Assembly (NCBI RefSeq): GCF_009914755.1
Contig: NC_060947.1
Reading direction: 5' to 3' (one strand)
Source: the human T2T-CHM13v2.0 reference genome, Homo sapiens
DNA: 64,000 bases
The notes beneath the pieces were generated by a model. That model made no database searches and was not told the DNA's origin. It worked only from the letters and a program-made list of their open reading frames with translations. Position 1 is the stretch's first letter. Each line of letters starts with the position of its first letter. Of this stretch, positions 39,680 to 56,919 are shown in pieces. The translations under genes and the position numbers were made by a program.

Positions 39680-39890
39680 TCAAAGTTTCTTAAACTCTAT
39701 ACTGTTGCTATTTTGGGCTGGATAATTCTTTGTTGTAGGGAACTGTCCTGTGCATTGTAGGATGTTGAACAGCATCCCTGGCCTCTACCCACTACATGCT
39801 GGTAGCACCCCCTCAGTTGTGAAAACCAAAAATATCTACAGACATTGCCAGATGTGCCTTAGTGGGCAAAATTTATTGTAATTTATGGAT
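39680..39890. mobile_element. MER20 (hAT-Charlie)
   Basis: ttttgggctggataattctttgttgtaggg...tgcattgtaggatgtt...catccctggcctctacccact...gacattgccagatgt. Confidence 0.9.
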
Positions 39891-40179
39891 CACATATCTG
39901 TGTATATATAATATGCATATGTATGTTATGATTACATGAGCATAAAGAAAAAAATACAACAATTATATATATTACATTGTTAACATTAGTTATCTATGGG
40001 GACAAAAGTGTAAAATGAACAGAGAAGGTCAGAAGGAGGGAGGAAAAAGTAAGGAAAGCAAAAAAGCATAAAATGAGATTTTTATGCATTTATATAAGTA
40101 CTTTTATAAAAATTAAAAGTACAAAGTTTTGTTACTTGAAAGGGAAGGCATTACCAGAAGCCTTACTCATGGGAAAGCA

Positions 40180-41033
40180 TTGGATGTCATTGCTTTTTAT
40201 GCCTGGCACAACTCTTTCTTTTGGGACCTGTCACTCCCACAGCACACTTGATTCTGATGGAACTGACAACCCTAGAATATCATCTGGGCTGCAAGAGTGG
40301 GCATTTGACCCAGGCCTTGTGCTTTGGTCTGAATGTTTGTGTCCTCCCCCAAATTCATATGTTGAATCCTAATCACCAAGGTGATGGTATTAGGAGGTAG
40401 GGCCTTTGGGAGGTAATCAGGTCATGAGGGTAGGCCCCTCATGAAAGGGATTTTAAAATGGGCTTCCTTATAAAAGAGACCCCAGAGAACTGCCTTGCTC
40501 CTTCCACCATATGAGGACACAGTGAGAATTTGCTGTCTATGAAGAACCAGCCCTCACCAGACACTGAATCTGCTGGTACCTTGATCTTGGACTTTCGAGC
40601 CTCCAGAACTGTGAGAAAGAAATTTCTGTAGCCTGTAAGCTACCTAATCTAAGGTATTTTGTTATAGCAGCTTGAACAGACTCAGACAACTTGCCAATCA
40701 TGATATCTTATATTTCTCCCAATAGTGATTGGGCTAAGGCCCAAACAGATACTTACACAAGAGTTTGAATCACAAGCTATGTGGTTGAACATGGTTAACA
40801 GTCAAGACATAGGGAAAAAGACAGGAGGACAGAGAGAAGGGAGAGAGGAAGAGGGAGACCTGGTGGCATCATTTGAGACCCTGGATGTAGATGAGCCTTA
40901 AGTTAATTTTACCTTAAGACTTCATGATTATTATGCAAACCAAACCACTAAAGTTATTCTTTTGTTTTCTTTGCCTTGGATTATTTGAGTCCTGCTTCTT
41001 TCACTGTATTAGCCCAAAGATTCTGACTAATAC
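40180..41033 (+). mobile_element. Old MLT1-type LTR interrupted by a younger MLT1A
   Basis: gggcatttgacccaggc...gccaatca...agtgattgg...ccaaagattctgactaataca end. Confidence 0.55.
40320..40689 (+). mobile_element. MLT1A/MLT1A0 LTR
   Basis: tgctttggtctgaatgtttgtgtc...ggtgatggtattaggagg...ttataaaagagaccccagaga...tttgttatagcagc. Confidence 0.88.
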
Positions 41034-41073
41034 AATGTAATAATGAATTCACCAACAATAGGCATATTAAGGT

Positions 41074-41380
<307 letters not shown>

Positions 41381-41513
41381 TAACAGAGATTATATAGAAC
41401 ATACTGTGGTATGGGAACAAATGGGATATTTTTATTTTATGGGTGATTGTATGATAGCTTTGGGAAATTTATGAGGTAATTTTTTCTTTTCCATTCATAA
41501 TTTTTATTTTTAA

Positions 41514-43141
<1,628 letters not shown>

Positions 43142-43142
43142 G

Positions 43143-43254
43143 AGCCAGGCAAGGTGGTGCACACTTGTAGTCCCAGCTACTTGGAAGGCTGCGACAGAGA
43201 ATTGCTTGAGCCTAGGAGTTCAAGACTAATCTAGACAAACATAGCAAGACCTCC
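43143..43254 (+). mobile_element. Alu monomer (FLAM_A-like)
   Basis: gccaggcaaggtggtgcacacttgtagtcccagctact...attgcttgagcctaggagttcaag. Confidence 0.8.
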
Positions 43255-43347
43255 ACATAAGGTAAACTTCCTGGTTTTTAAAAATTCTGTGAGTTGAGTT
43301 CTGCTTCCTCAGAGGGGAATTCTAAGTATCTGCACTTTGTATCTGAT

Positions 43348-43608
43348 TTATTTATTTTATTTTTTTGAGACAGAGACTCTGTCTCCCAGGCTGGAGTGCA
43401 GTAGCACGATCTTGGCTCACTGCAACCTCCACCTCCTAGGCTCAAGCAATCCTCCCACCTCAGGAGGGAGCTGGGACTACAGGTGCCTGCCACAACACCT
43501 GGCTAATTTTATATGTTTTTGTAGAGACAGGATTTCATCATGTTGCCCAGGCTGGTCTTGAATTTCTGGGTTCAAGCAATCTGCCGGCCTCAGCCACTGT
43601 GCCTGGCC
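43348..43608 (-). mobile_element. AluJ with small internal deletion
   Basis: ctcctaggctcaagcaatcctccc; TSD tgtatctgattta 43338-43350 / tgtgtctgattta 43609-43621. Confidence 0.88.
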
Positions 43609-43809
43609 TGTGTCTGATTTATAATACAACATACGATTGATTTTAAAGCTCTTTTTTGTGATTTGTTGTAATTTGGGACCACAATAATTTTTTTTCCAAT
43701 CCCTTCTTCAGACATACATAATAAAATTTCTAAAGAAGCAGTATTAGTATTATTAAAAAAAAAAAAGCTCTCAGCAAACTAGGATTTTTAAAAAATAATT
43801 TCAACTCTT

Positions 43810-44538
<729 letters not shown>

Positions 44539-44659
44539 AAAAGGTAAATTTCTAGTGGAGTTCTTATGAGTTAATAAAAATGATTTTGTAGGGATGGATC
44601 TAGGTTAGGGGAACAGCTTGCTTTTCATAACTAATGAAGCATCCCAAGGAAGGCTGGCA

Positions 44660-45545
44660 CAGTGTTTTGGTTATGTTTTCTGTGCTGTGGTGGCCAGCAG
44701 CTTCACACAGATGCAACCTGACCGAGTCTTGCCACAAGCCATGCTTCTTCCTGTGCTGATGCTTCTGTGACAGCACAGCATAAGCCACTCAGACAAGTCC
44801 ATTTGGCCCTCGTGCACATACAACCAGGAAGTGTGTATAGGAATGAGAATACCCATAGATTCATCCTTGGCCAGTGGGGTTCGCAACTGAAGGATAAAGG
44901 TTCTCTCGTTGGTGCTCTAGACCAACAGTTCTGAGATGCATCTCATAAGTCTCCTGGGAGGGTCCTAGGTAATCAAGTACAAATAATCTATAGTGGAAGC
45001 TGACTCAATAAAATATTTTTGCATTGGCTTTTTATTTTTCCATGATCTCCTCATCCTCCCTCACATACACACATGCTAGTCTTTCTCTCCCATGTCTCTG
45101 GATCAGGTCTTGTTATGGTCTGAATGTGTGTATCCTCCTAAAATTCATACGTTGAAATCCTAATCCCCAGTATGGTAATATTAGGAGATGGGGACTTTGG
45201 AAGGTAATTGGGTTATGAGACCAGAGTCCCCATGAAGGGGATTAGCGCCCTTATAAAAGAGGTCCCAGAGAGACCCTTACGCTTCTGCCATGTGAGGACA
45301 CAAGAAGAAGTTGGCTGTCTACAACCCAGAAGACATCCCTTACTAGAACTTGACCATGCTGGCACCATGATCTCAGATTTCCAGCCTCAAGATCTATGAG
45401 AAATAAATTTCCATTGTTTATAAGCCATCCAGTCTACAGCAATTTGTTATAGCAGCCTGACTGGACAAAGACAGGCCTGAAGTATACCCTCTGCACACAA
45501 GCTTTTTCCTTAGGCTTTACTTTTGGAAAATCCCAGGCTAAGACA
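44660..45545 (+). mobile_element. ERVL-class LTR (LTR16/33-like) interrupted by MLT1A
   Basis: acagttctgagatgcat...; ends ggctttacttttggaaaatcccaggctaagaca. Confidence 0.55.
45111..45473 (+). mobile_element. MLT1A0 LTR
   Basis: tgttatggtctgaatgtg...ggacaaagaca; 5-bp TSD ggtct/ggcct. Confidence 0.9.
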
Positions 45546-48168
45546 TACAGATACATGGACATTCTCTAATATCATTCTGTCGTATCCCCATACCATCTTT
45601 ACACACCCTGCCCCCAAATAGTTTGACAGCATTTCATTATCACTGAACAGAAAAAAAAAATCCATAGTTTCACTTTTACTTTGACCTCTAAGAGTAGAGG
45701 AATTAACTAGAAAGGGCAAAAGAGGTACCTTTTGTAGAATTAGAGGTAAGGTCTTCGCCTATGGCACTGAGATTAACTGAGTGATACAATATTCTCTTGC
45801 ATGACTGCATTTCCAGCAGAATGGTTTGTTCAAAAGGAAAATGCAAGTTCTGATAGGGAGCCTGGGGAAAGGCCTGCAGGAAACTTGAAAGCTTGCTCAT
45901 GAGGAAATATGGTACGAGCACATTACTCTATTGATTTTTACTAAATATAAGGAATCTTCCAACAGCTAGATTTACTTTGACTGATACATTTGGAAATGAA
46001 ATGCATGCTCCCCAGAAACTCCCTTCCCCTATCCTGAAACTGGTGTCTAAGGCCAACCTGATAAAATCTTCCTTCTCATCTGAATAGCATGATTTCAGTC
46101 AAACACTAACTGTCAATGATGGGGCTATGACTCAGTATAGGAGATGTGTTACAGAAAGAGAAAGGGAAATTTTAAGATCCACTTTTGCCTTCTTTGGGGT
46201 TCCTGTTGTGTTTGTTTATTCTCTAGACTCAATAAGGCAACCACTGCACAGGAAGGTTGTAGTGTGAGGACAGATGGAGAATGGTAGGCAACAATATCCT
46301 TTTCCTTCCTTCCCTCCCTTTCTTCTTTAGTCCTATATACAGATGTATATGCTGGGAATGAGGGTAGAGGGAGACTAACTGGCCAGCTCTGAATTTCCTA
46401 GATCAAACAGAAGCTGCCAGATGAACTCAGAACTCCTTGGCCTTGCTGGAGAAAATTGCAATAGGTTTGTCTCATTATAACCTAGTCTCAAGATGGTACA
46501 AGTCTACAGATATCTTTCACCTGTATATATCTAATTTTCCCTGGATATTACAGAGTAGGTTTTGGTGCCTGCACAACATACCAGTAAGGGTAAGTATCAA
46601 CAGTACTTTTCATTTCAAAGAAATCAAAATAGTGTTGCTTTTTGGTTTCGTTTCTAATCCCAAATCACCATTCCATGGACATTGTAGTGGAGTCTGTAAA
46701 AGCTTGAGTTTCTCTATTTTCCTATTTTATCATTTCAGATCAGGTAAAAGTGTAAAATACTAAATGGATATAATGTATAGATTGGCTAGACTTAGAAGAG
46801 TTCATACAAGGATATGAGGAATTTAAATCTCAAAAATGCATTTTAGCATAGCCCTCCTTAAGGAATATATTGATGTAGCAATGTTAATAGCAAGTACAGC
46901 TTTCTTTTTGATTATGTGTTTGGTTTCTAAGAAAAAAAAGGATGGAAAAATGGTAAATCTATATTTGATTCATGTATCATAAGTAAATTTATTTCCTCTG
47001 AAAGGGAGATGGGATAATTTGGAGGAAATAATTCTGAAAATTTTCTATTAAAACAGCATGGTGTATCTCTCTTCATATATAAAATTATCTGAAGAAAACA
47101 TATTAAATTTAAAGGAAATAAGATAATGCTACTATAAATTTTCCTGGAAAAATATAAATGCAATCAACAAAGTTGAAACTATTTTTTTCTATGTTTTGCA
47201 AACCATCTGTAGGTAGGAAAATAAATTGTCCTGCTTAGAGCTGACTGAAACCATGATTAAAATGAGCAAAAATTACAAATATACTATGTGTTGGTACAGC
47301 TAATTTGGCTGTGCCTAAAAATTTAATTGAGAAATTGAATACAGATCCCGAAGCTAAATATTTGCATATGAATGCAAAATCTCAAACAAATTAGCTTGTG
47401 AAAGAAATGCCACCATTTTCATGTCCAAAAAATTCATAGTAATGAGAAGCATTATCATGGAATAATCCCCTTAATTCAAAATAGAGAGCAATCCTTTCCC
47501 AAGTGATTTCAAAGCTTCTGCCACCTTCTGGGATTCTGAAGGATTCACCATAAAAGGGTATTGGAGGCACCTAAATATTTCCAACAGAGATATCGGTGAG
47601 CAGAGAGCAAACAGAGAGAAAGAAGCAAAGACTGATGTATTTTTAATAGATTCAAATAGCTACTGAGAGAATGCACCCAATACTGGTTATCCAGCTTTGG
47701 AAGTCCTACTCATTTTCAGAGTACCTGCCATTTTCCCAATGATCCCAGGTCATGTCAGTAAGAGTCACTTGCTTCCTTGTCTATAACCCCCAGGGTGCCA
47801 ACTTTTAGGACCACTTAATGAGGCTTGTGGGTTTACACAAACCATGCCAGGCAGATTTTGTGGTGGGGATGGAAGCTGGGGCCTGGCACTAAACCTGACT
47901 GGCCAAAAGAGTGATAGACTGGGCTGTTAGAAGAGGTATGGCTACAGGGTATGGATAGCATTCAAGGGTATAGTGACCTATGCTTAGGTTCAGGCAAATG
48001 CTTACTCTCAGGAACCGAGGGAGGTAATCCCTGTCCTTTCTGGGAGATGAAGTTTTTCATGGGTGACCCTGGCTCTCGCTCCTTGGAAGACCCAATGGGC
48101 AAGTGTCTGGGAGCCTGTCCATAGGCAGCTGGTGCCTCATCCAGTGATAGGACACTTGATTTAGTGAG

Positions 48169-48934
48169 TGTATTAGTCCATTATCTATTGCTTATAAAAG
48201 AACACCTGAGGCCGGGCATGGTGGCTCATGCCATGTAACCCCAGCACTTTAGGAGGCCGAGGCGGCTGGATCACCTGAGGTCAGGAATTCAAGACCAGCC
48301 TGACAAACATGGTGAAACCCTGTCTTTACTAAAAATACAAAAATTAGCTGGGCATGATGGTGTGTGCCCGTAATCCCAGCTACTTGGGAGGTTGAGGCAG
48401 GAGAATCTTTTGAACCCAGGAGGCAGAAGATGTAGTGAGCCGAGATCGTGCTAATGCACTCCAGCCTAGGCGACAGAATGAGACTTGTCTCAAAAAAAAA
48501 AAGAAAAAAAAAAAAAAAAAAAAGAACACCCGAAACTGGGTGATTTATAAAGAAAAGGACTTTATTTTTCACAATTATAGAGATTGGGAAGTCCAAGGTT
48601 GACAGGCCAAATCTGGTGAGGGCCTTCTTGCTGATAGAGACTCTGCAAAGTTCTGAGGTGGTACAGGGCATCACATGGCAAGGAAGCTTAGCCTGCTAGC
48701 TCAGGTCTCCCTTCCTCTTCTTACAAAGCTACCAGTCCAACTCCCATAAGAACCCATTAATATATCAACCCGTTAATCCATTAATTTATTAATCAATGGG
48801 TGGATTAATCCATTCCTGAGGTCAGAGTCCTCATGATTCAATCACCTCTTAAAAACCTTGCCTCTCAATACCACCACATTGAGGATTAAGATTCAAAATG
48901 AGTTTTGGAGGGGACAAACATTCAAACTCTAGCA
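48169..48934 (-). mobile_element. MST-family MaLR LTR interrupted by AluS
   Basis: tgtattagtccatt...actgggtgatttataaagaaaag...gagttttggaggggacaaacattcaaactctagca; TSD gtgag/gtaag. Confidence 0.88.
48210..48520 (+). mobile_element. AluSx-like
   Basis: ggatcacctgaggtcaggaattcaagaccagcc; TSD aaaagaacacctga / aaaagaacacccga. Confidence 0.93.
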
Positions 48935-50067
48935 GTAAGTATTGTGAAGGAGTACAAAAATAGGCTCTGGATTTTCAAGAAGAGCTAGGAACCAGACAGA
49001 CTAGTGGAAGAGGAATTACAAATGGAGAGGAAAGCAAAGCAGAAGCATAACACTACTTCTGGGGAACAGAGAAGCTAGGGCAAAGGAAGAACTCTGGCTG
49101 GGTACCCAGTTGCCAGGAATTAGATATAAATGGGGAGGATGAGTGACCTGCCACAGAGAGAACACAGGAATCCAGTGGTCTGCACTCATCAGATAACATC
49201 ACAGACCTCACAGCGGCAATGGAGGAACCTTCAGGGACCACATTCCAGTTCAGCCTCATAAGTCAGGTGCCTATGTATTTCCTGTCTAAACCAGGATTGC
49301 TTTGGGAAGTGGAACAGGGATGTTTAATTCACAGACTAGTGCAAAAAACTGTCAGGGATGTGGGGAAGACAGGCAGTGCATCCCTACACTTCATTTCTAC
49401 CCCGTGTTAAAGCTTTTCACATGTCTCATTCAGAGGATGGTTAGTTCTTGGAGAGTAGGAGGAGGACCCCTGTCTAATTCATGTGTGCATCTTCCACAGC
49501 ATCTACTGTGGTAGGTACTATATGCACAGTAGGGAGACCTCAAAAGATATTTACAGTGGCAGATTTAATTTTGAGCGGAGTTACACAGATTCTTTTGTAT
49601 CAGCCAACCAGTTGGGATCACAGGCATTAAGAATGAGAGGCAGGAAAAAGGGGGAGGAATACATCTAGAAGCTTTGGAGAAGCACCTCATTCCACCCAAT
49701 GGAGCACTTATGAGACCATTAATCTTACCATCCATTGGAGTCACTTGGGTCTACAACCTCCCAGGGTCTAAGAGTCTTATGTGAACAACCACTGCACAGC
49801 AATGGCAACTAACACATATTTCTTATGTCAACACAGATGACACTGTGCCAAGCTCTGGGGCTACATAAGTGAAAAAGACAATAAGATTCTGTCTTTGAGG
49901 AGCTTAATTTAATGGAGGGAATAATCACAAAAATAATTGATGACGGTTGTGAAAAGGGCTATAAGAAAAAAATGAAGGTCATATGGAAATATGTAAATAG
50001 GGCTTTTTCTGAAGCTGTGGGTGGTTGCTCAGCCCAAACAAGGAACAGCTCATAAGTGCTGAGAAGT

Positions 50068-50504
<437 letters not shown>

Positions 50505-50578
50505 TTACTTAATAGTGGTCTTTAATGACTCATTAACATGCTCTTTTTTAGATTCTCTTTCCTTTATGTCCCACTGCT

Positions 50579-50938
50579 TGCTATCATTGGAATACTTATG
50601 TTCCCATAAAATTCATATGTTGAAATCCTAATCCCCAGATGATGATATTAGGAGGTGGGGCCTTTAGGAGGTGATTGGGTCATAAGAGTGGAGCCCTCAT
50701 GAATGGGATTAGTGTCCTCATAAAAGAGGCCTGAGAGAGCTCCCTTGCCCATTCCACCATGTGAGGGTACACTGGTGAGAACACATCTATGAAGGAAGAA
50801 GGCCCTCACCAGACATCGAACCTGCGGCACCTTTTATCTTGGACTTCCCAGACTCCAGAACTGAGAAATACATTTCTATTGTTTGTAAGCCACTCAGTCT
50901 GTGGTCATTTGCTATAGCAATCTGAATGGACTAGAACA
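50579..50938 (+). mobile_element. MLT1A0 LTR
   Basis: aattcatatgttgaaatcctaatcccc...ggagccctcatgaatgggattagtg; perfect TSD ctgct/ctgct. Confidence 0.9.
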
Positions 50939-50970
50939 CTGCTCATTTTCTTCCCTCTGCCCCCTGGGAT

Positions 50971-51118
50971 AAAGCTGTCAGATAAAATATAGGACATTCA
51001 GTTAAATGTCTAAAAATAACTCTCAAATGGTATATACTTACAATAAAAAAGTATTCATTGTTTATCTGTAAAGAAAACTGGGCATTCCGGATTTTTATTT
51101 GCTAAATCTAGAAACCTT
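50971..51118. mobile_element. MER53 (hAT MITE), internally deleted
   Basis: cagataaaatataggacattcagttaaat...attcattgtttatctg...tttttatttgctaaatctagaaacc. Confidence 0.7.
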
Positions 51119-51334
51119 AACAGTGAAAAACTTCCCAAATAAATTACCCTTCTCTCAAGTCCTTGTTTGGGACTCTGTTTTCAGGGAAATATAAACTAAG
51201 ATGAGAATTGCCATCCAAAAAAAGGTCAGCGGAAGAAACAGGGTAACCAGGCAGGAAGGCGGAAGCACAAATGAGTGATGTCTGAAAAGAAAATGGAAAC
51301 TGTTTTAGAAAGGCATTCTCATCATTTGCCAGGA

Positions 51335-51500
51335 ATTGTCAAATGATGCCAGGTACTGCCAAAGTGCTAAGGTCTTTTTATTGATTATCTCATTTTCTCT
51401 CACACAACCCTATAAGGTAGGTAATGTTCTTACTTTCCTCTTCAGATGAGAGAGCCAAAGTTTACAGAGGTTAATTAACTTGGCGCAAGCCACGTAGTTG
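51335..51500 (-). mobile_element. MIR
   Basis: tgccaggtactg...ctcacacaaccctataaggtagg...cagatgag...cagaggttaattaacttgg. Confidence 0.75.
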
Positions 51501-51750
51501 TACAGGAGGGAAAAACCATTCTGGTCCTCCAAATCTAAGTCTGTCTCTCTCTGTTGTGCTCATGCTTGACCCCAAAGCCTTTATTAAGGTCTGATCCTTT
51601 CAGCCTTTAGCACTTTACTTACAGTACTAGGCACTTAACTCAGGGGAATATGGAGGCAACATGACTTGCAATTAAGAATAGCCACATACCACATGCTGTT
51701 TGAAAAGAGGCCATGTTTTTTGTTTCTTTATTTACTTATTTTAAGACTCA

Positions 51751-52066
<316 letters not shown>

Positions 52067-52229
52067 TCAAATATATGCAAAAGTAAAGAAAATGGCATAA
52101 GCCCCATATCACTATCACTCAACTTCAAAAATTGTCATAATTCTGTCATTCTTGTTTCATCTCTACCCTTTCTAAAATATTTTAAAACAAATCCTAGTCA
52201 ACATATTATTTCACATGTACATATTTCTG

Positions 52230-52965
52230 CAACTTGTAAATGTTACCTTATATGAGAAAAGGTCTTTGTAGATGTGATTAAGTTAAAGACCTTAAGACAG
52301 GGTTATTATCCTGGATTATCCAGATGGGCCCTAAAAGCAATCACGAGTTTCCTTATAAAAGGGAGGCAAAGGTAGATTTGACACAGAAAGTGACGTGACA
52401 ATGGAAGCAGAGAGATTTGAAGATGCCACACGGTTGGACTTCAAGATGGAGGAAGTGGACCATGAGGCAAGGTATACAGCTTTAGAATCTGGAAAAAGCA
52501 AGAAAACAGATTATCCCTGTATTAGTCCGTTCCCATGCTGCTAATAAAGACATACCCAAGACCGGGTAATTTATAAAGGAAAGAGGTTTAATTGACTCAC
52601 AGTTCAGCAGAACTGGGGAGGCCTCAGAAAACTTACAATCATGGTGGAAGGGGAGGCAAATACATCCCTCTTCACATGGCAGCAACAAGAAATGCAGAGA
52701 GAAGTGGGGGAAAGCCCCTTATAAAACCATCAGACCTCATGAGAACTAACTCACTATCACAAGAACAGAATGGAGGTAACCACCCCCATGATTCAATTAC
52801 CTCCCACTGGGTCCCTCCTACAACACATGGGGATTATGAGAACTACAGTCAAGATGAGATTTGGGTGGGACATAGCCAGGCCATATCAATCCTGTACAGC
52901 CTCCAGAAGGAGTGTGGTCCTGCTGACATCTTGGTTTCAGCCAAGTGAAACTGATTTCAGATCAG
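52230..52965 (+). mobile_element. MLT1C/D LTR interrupted by THE1
   Basis: gtctttgtagatgtgattaagttaaagacc...ctggattatccagatgggccctaa. Confidence 0.8.
52518..52888 (-). mobile_element. THE1 (C/D-like) solo LTR
   Basis: tgtattagtccgttcccatgctgctaataaagacataccc...ttataaaaccatcagacctcatgagaact...ccatatca; TSD atccc/atcct. Confidence 0.92.
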
Positions 52966-53179
52966 GTAATTCTAGAACATTTTCATCACCCCAAAAGGAA
53001 AACTCACAATCTTTATTTTATTTTTAATTTTTGTCAAATATACAATGCAAGGCTTAATCATGGAAGTCTAGTTTGTATTTCTGTCCCTTCCATCCTTTTT
53101 CTCTTTTTTCTCCTTTTTAAAAGTTTTTGTTTAACCTTTAATTGTTTTTATTATTATAAACAAATATGTGTAGATAATC

Positions 53180-53805
<626 letters not shown>

Positions 53806-54954
53806 ATAGGACTAGTTAAAAAACATAAAACTAGCATGGCTATCAAAGTTAATTTTTTCATATACACACTCAATTTCCTTTTGCGATCTTACAGAAAGGA
53901 GGCTGTTTATGGACAAATAATCAATATCTAAATAGACAGCATTTTAATACCAGTTTAAAAATAACAGGCAAATCTGGGTTCACATTATTTTCTGTCAAAA
54001 CAAGGTCATATTCATTAGAATGATGCTGGCTTACTCCAAGAATGGCCTATAACATAGGCTATGAGTATTGAAGGACATTGTAGAGATTCAGTTTGACTTG
54101 GTGGTTTTTTTTTTCTTTTTTTTTTTTTTCTGGAAAAGACAGAATGTCCTGGAATGAAGGGTCAATCTTACATTCTAATAGCATTTTTATCATCCCCATA
54201 AGTAGCACTTAAATAAAATATGAGCTTTCTTCATTTCTGATCTACTCTTATGGACACTCAACTTGCTAGCCTGCCTCTTCACACTATTTCTTTTCCAGAA
54301 ATGGAAAACATCTCATTCCTTTAAAACTCTCAGATTCACAGCAACGGAAGACACTGTGATGACAATAAAAGTACAAGATCATGTATTATTCAGGTGACAT
54401 TCAAAGGGACACTCCAGCAAAAATATTTCTACCAGCCCACAAATTAGTGGAACAAATTCACCTTTGAGCAACATGCATATTTAGTAGTTTCTCTGTGAAC
54501 ATTTTATTCTTATTCCTCACCTTTATAGCAATAGCTGGGAGCTCTTTCAAATCACATTGTTAATTCTTATACTCGCCCCATAAAGGTTTGGTAGGTGAAA
54601 ATTATAATACTGAAATATTCCAAATGGAGACAAATGCCCACTATGTCTACCACTCAAGACAGATTAGATTTCAACTTCTTTGTAATGATTAAGACTCAAT
54701 GCCAAATCTTACAAAAGAAGAAAAAAAAATCCTTTCACCTTTATGTTTTCTTCACATATCCCCACAAGGCTGATATTTCAATGCCTAATAGCTTTCTGTA
54801 TTATCCTAGGCAAAGGTAGTGAGTGATTAACCATCTTTTTAACATTTAAGTGCTGATAGAATGTAAGAAGTCATCTTCAGTATAACTGTTTTTTTAATTC
54901 ATTTTTATGCCAACACTTTGCCCTGAATTATTTTATTCAAAGCATGCTAACTAG

Positions 54955-55200
54955 AAGGCATGAAGTTCTGTGATTAAAAAAGGGCTTGGAGTCTGACCAA
55001 CAAAGGTTGAATTTAACTCTATTAATACATATGAGTCCCTGCCAAATTACCCAAACTCTCTGCCATTTCATAAATCAAAGGTAATAATGCCTACCTCACA
55101 AAATCGAATGATATAACTCAAGATTGAGTTACATAAATGAATGTAAAAGTCCCAACTCTAGGCATCATCACACTTGGTAAGCACTCAATGTGTAAGAATA
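54955..55200 (+). mobile_element. MIR
   Basis: gggcttggagtctgac...taataatgcctacctcac...ggtaagcactcaat. Confidence 0.65.
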
Positions 55201-55279
55201 TATCATAGTGTTATTAATATTTGTAATATGAAGACCTGAGAGTTATAGTAGTTTAAAGAACTTGGTTATTCCCCACTGC

Positions 55280-55870
55280 TGTGCAGTGAAAAATAAACCT
55301 TACCCAAAGAGAGGACTGGCCTTTGTTCTTGGCTATTAGGAGGTAATCTCTAGGCCCTTGGAATGTCATACTCGATAAGAATGTCTTTATCCGAGAACCT
55401 TGGTCACAGATAGTTTAATGATGGGGCCATATGACATCAGTTCTACCTCTGGAGGAGCACAAAAACAAAAGGTCATCCATATGGGCAATATGTGATCAAG
55501 CCCCAATAAAAATTCTGGACACCAAAGCTTAGGTGAGCTTCCCTGGTTGGTAAGATTTCCATACATATTGTCACCATGGATACAAGCAAAGTAATGCTAC
55601 TCATGACTCCATAGGGAGAGGACAATGAAAGCTCTGCATTTGGTACTTTTTCTGATTTTTGCCCTATGTGCTTCCTCCTTTGGCTGAATTTAATCTGTTT
55701 ATTTTCCTTGCAGTAAACCATAATCATGAGTTCAGCAGCTTTTGGTGAGTTCTGAGTCATTCTAGCAAATTATTGAATGTGAAAGTGGTTTTTGGATCCC
55801 CCGGAATTTGTCATTAGTGTCAGAAGTGAGGGTAGTTGTGTGTGGACTGTGCTCCCTCTAACTTCAATTG
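55280..55870 (+). mobile_element. MER21-family LTR
   Basis: ccaaagagaggactggcctttg...ggaggtaatctctaggcccttggaatgtc...ggtgagcttccctggttgg...gtgtcagaagtgaggg. Confidence 0.8.
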
Positions 55871-56919
55871 GGTAAACTTCTGAATTTTAATTGTGCACTT
55901 ACAAATTATATGCTTAAAATCTCTGAAACTTGGTCTCCTTGTGGGTACAATGGTGACACTGGTCTGGAGGACTGGTGATGTGCCTTTGCCCTACATTGTA
56001 TACTCTGCCCTTTGCATAATATGTCTAGTTCCTTAAGCTATGGCCAAACCAATTATTTCCCATGGCATCAACAGAGCCAGCCAGCATATGATCCAGTCAT
56101 TTAACTTTTCTTTTCTATAAAAATATAACTCTTTAAAAGAAAATTAATATACATTCCTAATGTACTATAATAACTTCTATTTGAAAAACAGGTAAAAAAG
56201 AAAAATTGAGAAAGAGATAAGTACAAACACAAACATACAAGTTAAGAAGCTTCTTGATTACTCTTCTGATATTACTTATCCCATTCAGACTTCTTACCTG
56301 AGAAGACTTTTTTCTTGTCTTCCATTTTAGAATATCAAAATCCTAGGATTTGGCCTCTCCAAAGTTTCCAGAAGGCTAACTTTGCATACAGTGCTCATAC
56401 TTTATCTCACTCAGAAACGCTTCCATCAAAAATTTTGACCTCAACAAGGGATCTTTCTGAGGTAAGATGTTCATTTTTCTCTTTCTATTTCCAATTAATT
56501 ATGAAACTGGGCCTAACATACTTATCTACAGAATACCTTCTTTTTCTCCACATAGAATTTTTTTTTCTAATTCTCTAATGAAAGGCTACACTTGGCTTTC
56601 TATATTTTAATACCTTGGTCTCTGTTAAGAAACAAGTAACATCTTCACATCAAAATGAATCTAATTAACCCAGAATTCTCTAAGGGGAGGAGGGTGCTAC
56701 ATGCACCACTTTTCACACTCTTGGAATGAAAACCAAGACACTAAGAGTGAGTAGTTTACACTGAGTCCACATATCCGTAAGTACCCATACCTGCAGGGAT
56801 TGCTGGAGTGAATGAAAATGCTAACTGGATTCACTGTGTATGACGCTTTATTGTGGATAATACTCTATTGAAAATGGTATACAGTTTACTAAGTATACAT
56901 ACATACCCCAAATTAAAAC

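Larger units (their letters stand above)
38080..40130 (+). mobile_element. Ancient L1ME-like fragments hosting MLT2, an LTR and MER20
   Basis: attgctggtggaaatgtgaatt...tttggaaagcaat; resumes at gtaatccctctatt after the MLT2. Confidence 0.55.
43142..43766 (+). other. Putative L1-mediated 3' transduction with its own polyA signal and tail
   Basis: AATAAA 43720-43725, A12 at 43755-43766, then gctctcagcaa matching the left TSD aaaaaaactctcagcaa at 41512-41528. Confidence 0.82.

Noticed and set aside
47600-49400. Moderately GC-richer unique-looking DNA, possibly an exon or ERV-internal remnant
   Set aside because: Could not identify a protein motif, splice pattern or repeat family by eye; left unannotated.
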